A stretch of DNA of 55,830 bases, filler included, from Sphacelaria rigidula (GCA_964200075.2; 6 parts of 6 records of this genome joined end to end with filler, not necessarily neighbours in it), one strand, 5' to 3'. Shown: positions 11,800-23,374, counted from the whole stretch's first letter. Made by a program: numbers and translations. The notes: generated by a model not told the origin, from the sequence alone.

Positions 11800-13266
11800 C
11801 AAAGTCAGTTTTCAAAGTCCCACCTTACAGTCGCATGAAAACATCCAGGGGGTTTGTACACCCAAGGCCATCATCTAGCCTGCGTGCAAATGGTGGTATT
11901 AATTGTGGTCATCAGCTGCATTGTTTTGCTTGTGCCACCTGCGGTGAACTACACGTAATCTCGCCCACGTACAGGATATACGGGATGGGCGGCGTCGTGC
12001 TTTCCCACTGCTTACCCTGCCCGCCGGGCATAAGCCCGGTGCATGCGGCTGTGTTCATCTGCACTACCTACCGCGAGCAGTGTAACCTTCCCGCTGACCG
12101 CTGAGGATTATTAGGTGCTGCTGTGGTTACCTACCTATGCCCGCGTTTGCAGCACGCCGCGTGCCGGGATAGAAAAAAAATGAGAAAAACGTGTGCTGAA
12201 CGTTCGTTTTACTGCAGTACCTTTTCTGTCCCTACCGATAGTACAAGACGCATAAAAAGTATTGGGTCGATCCTTGTTTACCCCACCTAGGTGCCATTAT
12301 AATTCTCGGCGCAAAAGGCCTCCTCCTGGAACCGACCGGACGGATCCTTTGTTTCTGACTGGCTAGCTTGATTCGTCCATCAGGAGGAGCTAGAACACTT
12401 TGAGGGGGAAATTTCCAGAGATATACACGTTACACATGCCACAGCGTTACACGTTACATTCACGTTACGTTTTGGCCGGAACGTAACGTGAACCTTAAAA
12501 GGATGTTACGTGATGAACGTCACGTGAACATAAGGTTAAATTTTCAAAGGAAACGTTAACATGACGTCAAAACCTTGTCACGTGACATACGTAACGTAAC
12601 GTGAACGTTGAATTGCCTGAACGTTCGAAACGCGCAATATGAAATGCTTCATGAAATGTGCAACGTCTATTACACGTTACACGTGCATTAGACGTTACAC
12701 GTTACACGAAACGTTCAATATTATGTTACACGTTAAATGAAACGTCATGAACACGTCACATGAACCGGTGACACTTCAAGTTTGCGATGATTTTCAAAAT
12801 CCTAGTAGATTGTACTTCAGCGTCACGTACACGGTGACGCCACGCGTTACACGACACGTTACAACGCCTCACTGGTGAAAATATTTTCGTGTGTACCAGG
12901 GTAGTCCACAAGTCTACACGTGTCCGCAACCGCGACGGGACCATATCTCCCTCGGCATAATTCCGAGAATATCTATGGATCCCTCCGCTCTGTTCCAGGA
13001 ACGTTTATGTCTCCGGCATAGTTCCGGAATCGTTCCCTCAGGAACACTAAAAATAGTCTGTCCTCTCGGGTCATTGTCTGTCCTGTCTCCGGAGTAATAG
13101 TCATACTCGAACTTTAGGCGGTGTTTCGTCCCACACCTCCTAGATTTCACTTCTCATCTCGACCCTGGGGTCTCTCTTCACACAAGAACGAACTGTCTAG
13201 GCACGTCCCACGACCAAGTCTGTGGCTCCCAAGACTACTCCTCCCAAACCTAGGAGTAGTAGCCTT

Positions 13267-14704
13267 AGTTTCGGGGGGAAAAAAAACAGAACTCAGGGAT
13301 AAGCGAGAAACGACTGGATTGTTTACGCTTAAACCTCAGAGTTTTTTTTTTCTGTTTCACCACATAGGTGTGGACCGTGGCCAACTTTTCAGGGTTTAGT
13401 ACTTTCTGTTCCGAATGCCACGTGGTCGGTGTCATGAGTTTTAGAGGTAAAAGTCACGCCGTGCTGTTCTGCGTTTGTACTCTGCGCCCACCCACGCGGT
13501 ATTACCCGTACAGTGCGGAAGAGCATGCACAGAGCCGTGCTACGATAGGTTGGGTGTTTGATTTCAGGGGAAAAGGACTCACAGGTGTTACGGACAACCT
13601 GACACACTCGCCGTGCGCTTGTATTTGGGTAACACGGCGTCAAGCAGTATGAATGAGCTTTATTTATTGGTAACACGCGCGTTCGGACGATCGTTGCTTC
13701 TTACAACGATGATTCGAAGTTGAATATTGTGGAAGCAATGGCCCAGAATACCCCCCGTCCTATCGTAGCATGAAGTCACTATAGTTGGTTGTGCTGTCCC
13801 CGTACCGTTGAATACGCGACAGCAGTAACTTCAACACAGCCTCCGGGTACGAACCCGGCACAGTACACAACGTTGGGCACACAGGCAGTGCACCTCGGCG
13901 CCCGCTAGTCATTCACAAGTCCTGCACCTCTCGATGTGTGGTACAGCACTAGCACAAGTTGTGACAGTTGAGAGTTGTATTGTTGCACCGTCTGTAGACA
14001 GTTCTGTATACCATGTCTGTAGTAGTTTTCCTGAACTGCACTGTCTGTAGTACAAGTGTGCACATGTCTCTGTGTGTGCGTGTGCATCTTTTGAGGAACT
14101 ACAGTCATTCTCGATAAAGGTTCACTACGCAGTAATCCTAGCTGCGTGGAGGCGAACGGAGGAACAGAGACACCTGTCGACTGGGCCAGAGATGACGCGG
14201 AAGGGCGGAAGTGGGCCACTCATGCAGCCGCTACGAGGACTTCGACAAGCTTGAGCACCCGACTTCCGCCCTTTCGCGTCATCATAAGTCAGGTTGATTG
14301 GTGTCTCGGCTCCCCCGCTCGCCTCCAAGTCTTCCTCGTAGTCTTAGGCCACCCTTGTGAACGGGTTGCCATCACCAGCGCTGTCGCGGGCGTTCACGGC
14401 ATCCGCCATCGTCCCACTTACGATATTCGTCCTATGGCTGTGTTCTGTAACCTTGGTCGTTATGGGGCAGGGTGTCTAGTTCCGTTTCCTAACCCTGAGT
14501 TTGGCACCAACGCTTTGAGGTGTTAAGCAAATCAGGACTTATTCTCAAATTTTCAAATTAACTCTGAGTTGCTGCGCACGTCGCTTCTCCGGGTCCAGTT
14601 TTCGGGGTTTAACTAGGGGAGTTCGTCATATCCTGGCTTAAATCCCAACTTCTGAACCCTAACCCTGAGTTTTTTCGGCCGGGTTTTCGTTTCCGAAACT
14701 CTCT
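13267..14704. mobile_element. Nested DNA element of the AGAGAGTTTCGG-terminus family (left end damaged)
   Basis: Right end TTCCGAAACTCTCT is identical to that of 14821-15976. Degenerate left end AGTTTCGG...AACTCAGGG at ~13267. Confidence 0.5.
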
Positions 14705-14820
14705 AATGAAACGCTACATGCTGACGTTACACGTGTCAACGTAGCGTTGTATAGGGCGTTACACGTTACACGAAACGTTTCATATTACATTACATGTAGC
14801 GAAACGTAACGTTAAATAAT

Positions 14821-15976
14821 AGAGAGTTTCGGAAGATTTTGTTTCTGATCATAGAGTCAGAGTGCAGAGTGGAAGCGTTGAAACTTCAGAGTGGACGCTA
14901 AAAAGTTCAGAGCGGAAGCTGATGTGACATGGCTTGATGTGGACTTTTTTTCGCGCAGTGATTGGCCGCAGGTTGTGCCGCAAAATAAATGTGCGATCGC
15001 CCAGCGTGCAGTCAGGTGCAGTCCGAAAATACACCAGTCAAGGCAGCATTTGCTATACCATACCCTGCGGCACCGTACGTGCCGTACACCACGCTTCATT
15101 GCACCTGTAATACTTAAATCCACCACTGTGCACCTTATGAAAGTCAATGGTCTTATGACTATGGCAAGCATGATCATGAGTACTGTGCACCATAGGATGC
15201 TATCGTGCTGTAGGGCTGTGCAGTGTAGAGTACAACCAGTGCAGCATTGAGAGTGCAATGCAAAACCCCACAACAGTACATCGCGGTACGGTGAACTACA
15301 GCGATGCCGTACAGTCAGTTGTACAGTAATACAGCAGCACAACAGTACAGTAGTAGGCAGCACTTTCAAACAACAGACAAGGCCGCGTCGTGATGATTTC
15401 CCGACATGCCATCCATAAGTGTGGCGCAAGAAGTCATGACCTCTCCTCTAACGAAATGGCTATGTAACCAGGTGTAGTACTGCTTGTACGTTGTAGACTA
15501 CGAATCGTCCACACCGTCTCCTTGCAGCCGAGGTTGGCAAGAGTGACGAACTGCACCCAAGGGCAACGTGTGCCCGTCGAGCATTTGAATATTCACGCAA
15601 AACAACCAAGCGAATGCTGATACCATGGCGGCGTCAGGGAGGTCTTCTGATTCCCATGCCAAGCTTTTCTACTTCGTGAATGGCCCATTGTGATGAGTAT
15701 GGCAGTTTTGATGGATGATGAATGCCCCACTTTGCTTGTTAGGGTGTGTTGACTTTGGACTGGACGTGACCATGGCCGGAAGGTGGGCGTGGTTCTTCTT
15801 CATTCCGCTATGAGCTCTGAAGAGAAACAACGGTTTTCAGAGTAAAGTGGTGCAAACGGCACTCTGACTCTGAAAAAATCGCTCTGAAAACTTCATAGCG
15901 GGAAGTGCACCGTTGCCGGCTATTTTCCCTTCCACTCTGACTTTAAGATTTGAAAAAACGTTTTCCGAAACTCTCT
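14821..15976. mobile_element. Non-autonomous TIR element (PIF/ISL2EU-like) nested in the hAT element
   Basis: Perfect 14-bp TIR AGAGAGTTTCGGAA ... TTCCGAAACTCTCT flanked by AT on both sides. It interrupts the hAT subterminal repeats. Confidence 0.75.
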
Positions 15977-16237
15977 ATTGTTACATTTTTCTTAATTGAC
16001 ATAGGTAACGTAACGTGAACGGTAATTTTTTTCACGTGATGAACGTAACGTGAACGTGAACGTGAACGTGTATATCCCTGGAAATTTCCCATGTGTTTTG
16101 TGAGCGATTCGCATCCTTAATTGTTGTAGGGTTCTGCATTGCACTGTCTGTACTGCACCGTCTGTACTCCACGTTGCACAGCACTATAGCACTACAGCGC
16201 TACAGTGCCCGGTAGTGCGCTGTAGTGGATCGAAGTA

Positions 16238-16545
16238 AACAACGTTTTCGTGAGATTGAGAGTAGAGCGTTGATTGAGAGTGGGTACCATCATTTGCTTC
16301 AACTTGACCTTTTTTGTCGTTTCATGTGCGCTTTTCTTACCTTGTGGCACTGGCGTGTTCTTACAGCTACACGTCCATATCCTACTCAGGGATATCAAGG
16401 GCTTCATTGGCAAGCTACTGCAGAAAGCGTATAGGGCCTCGTGAAGGGTCTTTTCGGAACTAAAACGACTTATTCACTCATTGGCCGCTTCTCACTCTCA
16501 ATCGTATCCTTTACGTCGTACTCTCAATCTCACGAAAACATTGTT
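16238..16545. mobile_element. MITE with AAC...GTT termini
   Basis: 27-bp TIR AACAACGTTTTCGTGAGATTGAGAGTA (26/27 match), flanks AGTA/CGTA. The same terminus recurs at ~37633-37679. Confidence 0.75.
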
Positions 16546-16564
16546 CGTACTGCAGGGGCAGGGA

Positions 16565-16824
16565 AGCGTAGTGCACGGTACGTACGGTGCCGGAGGGTAT
16601 GATACAGTCAGTGCTGTGCCGGCCTATGCACTTTCGAACTGGACGCTGGCCAATGGTACATTTGGCGAAGCAACCTGCGGACAATCACCGCGACAAAAAA
16701 ATCACGTCAAGCCACATCACATCAGCTTCCGCTATGAACGTTCTAGCGTCCACTCTGAAGTTACAAGGCTTCTACTCTGCACTCTTACTTCATTATGAGA
16801 AAAAAAAATCCTCGGAAACCCTCT
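16565..16824 (-). mobile_element. Partial inverted copy of the left end of the 14821-15976 element
   Basis: Reverse complement aligns by eye with 14821-15085 and ends in GGAAACCCTCT. Confidence 0.75.
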
Positions 16825-16860
16825 AACAAGAAGCGGCCTGATAGGTCCAAAACTTGAGGC

Positions 16861-17175
16861 GACCTAGAGTTTTGGTCGTATATCTATGGTTGATTTTTTG
16901 GAACAAGTTAACAAAAACGCTAACCCTAACCCTAACCCCGACCCGAGGCGTACGAGACCCTCGGGCAAGGGGGATACATACGTTCCCCTAGGTATAGTGT
17001 GCGTTGGGAGACCTGAAATCGACGCCGCAGGCGCCGATTTCGACAGGAACACGTTTTGGACGAGCTGGATCCACTGCTTACTTGCCCCGAACCGTGAACT
17101 TTCTCAGAACTTTCTCAATTTTAAAATCAAGTAGCCCTGTTGTCAACCATAGATATACGACCAAAGCTCCAAGTC
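16861..17175. mobile_element. MITE-like element with 33-bp inverted repeats and an internal (TAACCC)3 tract
   Basis: GACCTAGAGTTTTGGTCGTATATCTATGGTTGA ... TCAACCATAGATATACGACCAAAGCTCCAAGTC; TAACCC repeats at ~16921-16938. No clear TSD. Confidence 0.7.
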
Positions 17176-17249
17176 TACTGCAAAAATATTGCAACTCATT
17201 ACGAGCTGGGCCAGCCGAGAAGCGAATTTGTTATTTGCAGGCCCATTGA

Positions 17250-18297
17250 CCCTTTTGGGACCGGACCCCCCCCTAACACAGGGTTGATCCTGTGTCAGTG
17301 GAATAGTAGAAAAAAGGTCTTCGAGCGACCTGCCCGATCACAGCGAGGCGAAATTTATCGACCAGATCCGGACGACCAGCGCGGGGATTGTTGTCGAGTG
17401 TGATGCCACTGCAAAGATCGTGTGGGGACCCTACCCCTGGCCCAGATAAGCCTCCCCAGGTTTTTAAGTGAAGTGTGGTCGCAGGTTGTTCTATGGTATT
17501 ACTTGCACTTAGTATTGCGTTCACGAGTTTTTCCGGAGTGTTTCTGGGGTCCCGATTCTATACCGAAACGCAGTACTTTTTACCAACACAGGGCGGATCG
17601 GAAAAAACCGGGAAGGAGTGTACATGCTACAATGTGGTCATTTTCACGAGGTCCTAAACCCAGGTGGGCCGTGGAAAGACAAAACGAACTACTGTCATGA
17701 ATTCTGCTTATCCCTATGCCGATGACTTGCAGTGTACACTTAACATGTATGTAGTAGGCGGGGATGAAGAAGCGGTACATAGGCAGTTGATCTCGGTGGC
17801 TGATAATTGGCCAGAACGTGCAAGGGATTATGCAACGGTAGCTGCTGCTGCAGTCGGGGAGGCGTACTGCACTGTACTTGTACTGTACTATGCTCTATGT
17901 ATGTGCGCAGCAAAGCTGATATGCCCTTCGAAGAGAATTTGCCGCATGCAACAAAGAGGTAAATGGCGGCCCACCTCGACGACGAAGGGCTGTGTGGCAA
18001 GGTGATGAGGACAAAAATACCATCCAAAGCCACAAGTGGCCGGCGGCCTGCCTGTCGCCGTATCCTGTTGGAAGCTCTCTACCGCGACCCATACTGCTTG
18101 CTACATCAGATGTACAATACACTACCTAATGCGCAACCTGCACCTGAAAATAGATTGGATGAAACTTTCGGCCTTCGTCATAACCTTGTAGTTACATACG
18201 CGGATTTTCACACGCCACTGTCTGTTTCGTGCAGACGCCAGACACGTCATTTCTAACCAGCGTCATTGATCGTTCTGGAGGCCCGGTCCCAAAAGGG
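17250..18297 (+). mobile_element. Non-autonomous piggyBac-like element
   Basis: Perfect 15-bp TIR CCCTTTTGGGACCGG with a duplicated 4-bp site TTGA (17246-17249, 18298-18301). A homologous copy in contig 4 ends at canonical TTAA. Confidence 0.8.
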
Positions 18298-18301
18298 TTG
18301 A

Positions 18302-18497
18302 CCGGCCAATATTTATAGTTGGACCCTGAAATTTGGTATGGGCAATGAATAGGGCATGACAAAAACAAACACCAGTGCACACATATTTTTTTTCATTAGT
18401 TAAAGGCAACAATAAGTTTTCTGGTGTATCTGTTTTCAGTATGCCCTAATCATCGTACATACCAAATTTCAGGGTCGAACTGTGAAATATTGGCCGT
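18302..18497. mobile_element. Small TTAA-type MITE
   Basis: ~38-bp TIR CGGCCAATATTT...GACCCTGAAATTTGGTATG, flanked by TTGA (left) and TTAA (18498-18501). Confidence 0.7.
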
Positions 18498-18544
18498 TTA
18501 ATGGTGCGCAGGTTCTGTAGAGCATCTCTTTGAACAGCACTCCA

Positions 18545-18644
18545 NNNNNNNNNNNNNNNNNNNNNNNNNNNNNNNNNNNNNNNNNNNNTTAATTAATTAA
18601 NNNNNNNNNNNNNNNNNNNNNNNNNNNNNNNNNNNNNNNNNNNN
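18545..18644. other. Artificial contig linker
   Basis: N44-TTAATTAATTAA-N44. Confidence 0.98.
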
Positions 18645-18990
18645 TCCTTACGACGACTGGTATATCTCTTTCTTCTTTCTGGCAGGTCCAGGTCCCCCAC
18701 CCGAAATTGCAGTTTCATGTTTTTCGCAGCGTCCATTGGGCCATGCAAATATGTTTCCATCCCTATCCCCTCTCCCAACCCCCCGAATATCTCCAGGTGT
18801 TCTCCCTCGTCTACTTTGCGTCTGAGCGCTCCTTTCCCCCGTATTTCTATCATATCTCTTACTTTTGCCTTGCACCCCGCGTCTTCATCAATGGACAGTA
18901 TTTCGTCTTGGTTCCCTCCTATCTCCCTCCGTATTATCTCGCTTTATCCCACCTTACTCCACCCTTACCTTTCGTAATGTTCGATCGTAA
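18645..18990 (-). mobile_element. Non-LTR retrotransposon (LINE) ORF2 C-terminal fragment
   Basis: GGNQDEILSIDE...EHLEIFGGLGEGIGMETYLHGPMDAAKNMKLQFRVGDLDLPERRKRYTS resembles the post-RT region of an abundant brown-algal LINE family (recalled, not searched). Cut by the contig start. Confidence 0.75.
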
Positions 18991-18991
18991 T

Positions 18992-20520
18992 TCACCGTAA
19001 CAACATGCGCAGAACTTCGCAACAGCTGTAAAAACTAAACAGTTTGATTTTCTTGACTACGTCCGCACAATTTAAAGGACTCTCAAGACCTGAGGGAGAG
19101 TGGCCGCTTTGAGTCCGGCCAAACGTGCGAAGATACTGTCGAAGGGTGGCGTCCCCGTCCCCCCGCCAGGTATTAAAGAACGACGGCAGAGTTTTTGCAA
19201 GCGCGTATAACAGTGACGGGGGCACAGAGACTTTATCCTCTATGAAAAATCCGCGTTTTTCCACCTGCAAACCGTTTCATGCGCATTGTTTCCTAATGAG
19301 AACGTTAAACCTGTCCATTTCTGTTCAGTTCTGTACTGGTTGCCGTATGTCAATCCCAGCAATCGATAGTATCTTCGCACGTTTTGCCGGACCCCCTGTA
19401 CCACGCTAGCAACAGTTGGGTCACCACCATAGGTATCTTTTTTCGCATCGCATGTCAGGAAGGTCCCCACAAGTGTTTGATCTCTCATACACTCCCCCAA
19501 CTGCCGTGTGGCACGCTCTTGTGGTCGGGCACCTGATGGTCACAAGTCGCGTAAAATCAACGACGAATAACACACCTCATGTTCAAATTGGATTCGTTAT
19601 TGCCGCAGCACCGTCCTTGCTGGCATGTGTGTGACACAAAACAGTAGCGGTGACAGGAACATTGCCCTGTTTTTCAATGAGATGTTCTGCAGCGTACAAA
19701 GGCGCGTCCTATCCAAAAAGAGAAGCAGAGAGAAATCGATCTTCGCATTGGTGAGCTCCACAGACAAGAAAAGACGGCATCCCTCCGCACCTCGATGTCC
19801 TTTGGGGGGCTGTGCTGTAGCCTCTGCCTACGGCTTGGTATCATTTGGCTGTAGTACGCAGCAATATAACGTGCCCACCGGCAAATGAGAAATTGAGTAA
19901 ATGCTGGTAACATGCACGATGCCAGTCTCTCGAGTGATTAGTAACCGCCGAGCGAGGACACACAAGGATACGGGCGAGGAGCTTCCTCTCTGCCGTTGCT
20001 TCTCTCTTCCTCTCTGGTGATATCGTCATCGACACGCGTGTACACCGCATTCGTTCGGTGCACTTTGCCACAACCGCTTGACTGCCGCAGATATTCGGGG
20101 GGAGGATATGCTTCGGCTCGGTGTAGCTGTTTCGCGTCATCCCGGCAAAACAAATATGCCACTTGAACCCCATTTCAGATATCAACCCCAAAAATTAGGA
20201 TCCGCTGTTAAGTAAAGGTAACAAATTTGTCAACATTCGACGGCAAAACAAATGCTAAATACCCATCGTCGCGCGCTCTGATTTGAAAGTTGCAAGGCAC
20301 AGCCTGTACCGAGGGATGCTTGTTTGCCTGCATGCATGCTCCACGGCTATATACACCCCTCGGAGAACGCCGTAGTCCCGATAACACCAAACGTTCAGAA
20401 ATAGCCATGCTCAATGAACTGTACGCTGATATTGCGAAACAATGAGGATTCTCGAACAGCCGACACAAAGTGCGCGCCCAGCACATGGTACGATGCGCAC
20501 ACGCAAACGCATAGCACCCC
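18992..20520 (-). pseudogene. Degenerate coding-like region of unknown function (homologue of 12-400)
   Basis: Broken frames including VAYLFCRDDAKQLHRAEAYPPPEY and QVEKRGFFIEDKVSVPPSLLYALAKTLPSFF. Only the 20080-20420 part has direct homology support. Confidence 0.4.
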
Positions 20521-20719
20521 AATGCACGGGCGAACCACCAGCAGCTAGCGGCTGAGACAACAGCGACACCACCAGGAGTAGTACCGTAGCATGCTCTGCT
20601 GTAAAGAATCCCATATACTGTACGGGTTCCTCGTCCACTACAGAGTCCTTTGGGCCGTGCGATGGCTTGAGCGGTTGCTATAGGGACTGAGCGAGCGTGT
20701 CAAAGGTCTACATTGTCCT

Positions 20720-21214
20720 CGCTATTCCTCCGGAGTCCATGAAAAAACTAGTTCCCGTCGACGAACACAACGTGGCGGATTATTGCTCCATAGAGGTACG
20801 TGCGGTGGGATGAAGCCCCCGAGGACTATTGCATTGTTTCTCTGGTGGGCTTCACCCATGGTTGGTGAGTAGGGGACACAACTGTCCTCCAGGGGTTTGA
20901 TGTACTATGCATTCCGGAGGTAAATTAACACACTGAAGGATATTGCACCGCTATTTCCTCTGGAGTCGCAAAAGTGTCCTAGAGGTCATTATCGGTGGCT
21001 CCTCCAGAGGAATACTGTCGGATTTTACTCAGAGGTACGTTCAGCAAAATGGCGTGCTCCAGAGCACCATGTTTTTGTTCCTTTGAGGGAATCCAAGCCT
21101 CACGAGTAACTAGAGCATCATATGTCCTCTACAGGGTTCGCGTAGTGTCCACTCCAGAGGCATTATTATGACCCTCTAGTGGGTATTTTATCCTCCAGAG
21201 GGACATTTTGCGCC
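20720..21214. repeat. Dispersed palindromic CCTCYRGAGG motif array (probable subterminal region of a DNA element)
   Basis: More than ten variants (cctccagagg, cctctggag, cctccggag). The motif continues after the LTR insertion and at 27100-27694. Confidence 0.55.
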
Positions 21215-21878
21215 TGTGACGAAATTACGCCGTTAACACGGGATCTTACAAACAGGGGATAGATCATTTATTGGGGATGAGAAACCCGGGGAATTAAAAT
21301 TTTCGTATCCACACGAAATCTTCGAAATATCGTTCCATTACTTCACCTACTGATAGCTATTGCCAACTGCTACACGCCATAGAAATTTGGATTTCGATCA
21401 CCGAAATGATGGGGTCCTAGGTGAATGAACAATTTTGAGGAATTTCGGGTGTCCGAATGGGAGCCAAATGGTTCCGCAATTGGTTTTTGATGCAGGACCC
21501 CAACATTTCGATGATCGAAATCCAAATTTCTATCGCGTGTAGCTGCTGTTAATAGCTATCAGTAGGTGAAAAAAGGGAACCATATTTCAAAGATTTGGTG
21601 TGAATACGAAAAAAAAAATTCCGGGTTTCTCATCCCCAATAAAAGATTCATCCCCAATTTATAGATTCCGTGTTCGTTACGTTGAGTTGGCAGTGATGAT
21701 CTGGATAATGACCGGGGACACTAGATTGATACCCAGGCGTGTCTAGGAGGGTGCCTTGGAACGGCACTACATGATGATGAGAATGTTGTAAAGGCTGACG
21801 ACTGAAACTAAGGCCAGTAAGACTGGGGAGTACCTCAACAGCAGTGATCCACCAGTCCTTCTTCTGGCTGGTGTCACA
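21215..21878 (+). repeat. 5' LTR (interrupted by MITE 21235-21674)
   Basis: After removing the MITE it aligns with 26233-26480. Confidence 0.9.
21235..21674. mobile_element. Foldback MITE with ~180-bp arms inserted in the 5' LTR
   Basis: Termini AACACGG...CCGTGTT with 4-bp TSD CGTT (21231-21234, 21675-21678). The empty site TACGCCGTTACG is present in the 3' LTR. Confidence 0.9.
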
Positions 21879-22403
21879 ATATCGATATTACTACTGGTGT
21901 TAATGCTAGAAAGAGCACCTAGCAAAACCTGCTGGACAGGATTTCGGCGGAGGAGTCTGCTGGGAGCTATGGAAACCTGAAAAACCACGGACGCTTGGAG
22001 AGGGTTCCAGCTGAGGAGGCTGCAGAAAGGCGGCTGGCCTGTGATTGATCCAGACTGGAGACTTGCTGAAGCTCAGTGCAGCGGGAGTTTGGAGGCTCCT
22101 ACGACTGTGTGGTGCGGTGACGAAGCACGGGAGTGTGCAATTCGCGAAGGTCCGCTGGCCTGTGAAAGTTCGCAGGTGGCCGATTGCAGCTATATGGCGA
22201 CCGGTTCGCGAGGTACGTCCAGCGTGACGCCCGTGATCATGCGGGAAGAGTTGCGACCTCCCCAATACGGGGATAGGTACTCAGAGAGTGCATCTCGCAC
22301 TTTTATACGAAGTACTTTGAGTACAAGAAGCGTGTGAGGTACGCTAACGCAGGGGGTGCTGTGCGGCATCAGGTAGTCTCAATGGCCCAACAAGTGCCAA
22401 CTC

Positions 22404-23132
22404 ATGTGCAGAGTGTTTGCTCGTCTGGAACAAAACGAGAGCACAATCACCCCACCGCAATTGGTTGCGGCGATCAAAAAGCATACTAGGCATGCGGCGG
22501 GCGACGAGGTGGAGCTGACCCAAGCGTCCGCGGCCGTGACGAAAGCTGTCGCCATGGATTCTCGAGGAAAGACGATGTTGGAGCGGGTGGAGCCCATCCT
22601 GTCAAATTTGGAGGAGTACTTCGCGGAAAACCCGAACGTGGAACTAGTATATCGTTCCCCCGATGGTGAGTTCATTCCCGACCCGGCTGCAGTAATCACT
22701 GAGGCTTTAGTGGAGGGGTTGGCCCCAGAAACATTCCAGCAAGCCGTGCCTATCAAGCTGCAGCACGAAAATAATTGGAAGGCCGACCCGTACCTGGTTA
22801 TGGACACCGTCGTGGCCGAGGCCAAGGAGTGGCGGAAAATAGAGGTGTTCGGCCAGTCGTCCACCTCCTCGCCGAAATCTTTGCGCAACCATGGCTCGAA
22901 ATCGGCCGGTCGCGCCGCGAGTATTACTTGCCACTGCTGTGGCCAGGTCGGCCAGTACGCGCGCGATTGCCCAACGTCTTCCGGTGGAGAGTCCGGGCAG
23001 TCTCATGCCGCGCGTCATCAGCATCGTCAGCACAAGGGCAAAAGACGAGGTAATCGGGGTGGTGGCGGCGGTGGATCCTCCGGCGATGGAGGTTCGCAGT
23101 CGAGTCCTCAGCAGCAGCAGCAACAGCAGTAG
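22404..23132 (+). pseudogene. gag: Gag remnant with degenerate zinc knuckle
   Basis: CHCCGQVGQYARDC (CX2CX4HX4C with H->Q) followed by Gly/Gln-rich low-complexity sequence. Confidence 0.8.
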
Positions 23133-23374
23133 CAGTAGCAGGGGCAGCGGCGTCAGCATAGGTCTGGTTGTGGGTCCGGCGCCGCCGTAGGTGCTGCTAC
23201 TCCGCAACGGGCGGTGCAGGTGGGACTGACTTCTACAGTGTTGAACACTGCGCTGGCGCCGGTGGTGGCGCCGGCGGCGACACCGGCAGCAGCGCCAGGC
23301 GCGACGCCTGTTGATGCGCTGGTCGGCGGTTCGCCAAATCTTGGTTTGCTGGCTGGGGGTCATACCCGCCGGCG

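Larger units (their letters stand above)
12416..16080. mobile_element. Non-autonomous hAT-like DNA transposon carrying nested insertions
   Basis: TIRs CAGAGATATACACGTT ... AACGTGTATATCCCTG. Perfect 8-bp TSD GAAATTTC (12408-12415, 16081-16088). Dense subterminal ACGTTAC/GTGAACGT repeats at 12420-12860, 14705-14820 and 15980-16075. CAG termini plus an 8-bp TSD are hAT hallmarks. Confidence 0.85.

Noticed and set aside
16921..16938. Telomere
   Set aside because: Only three TAACCC units, internal to a small element.
20636..20640. CACTA terminus
   Set aside because: No matching inverted TAGTG end with a TSD could be identified.
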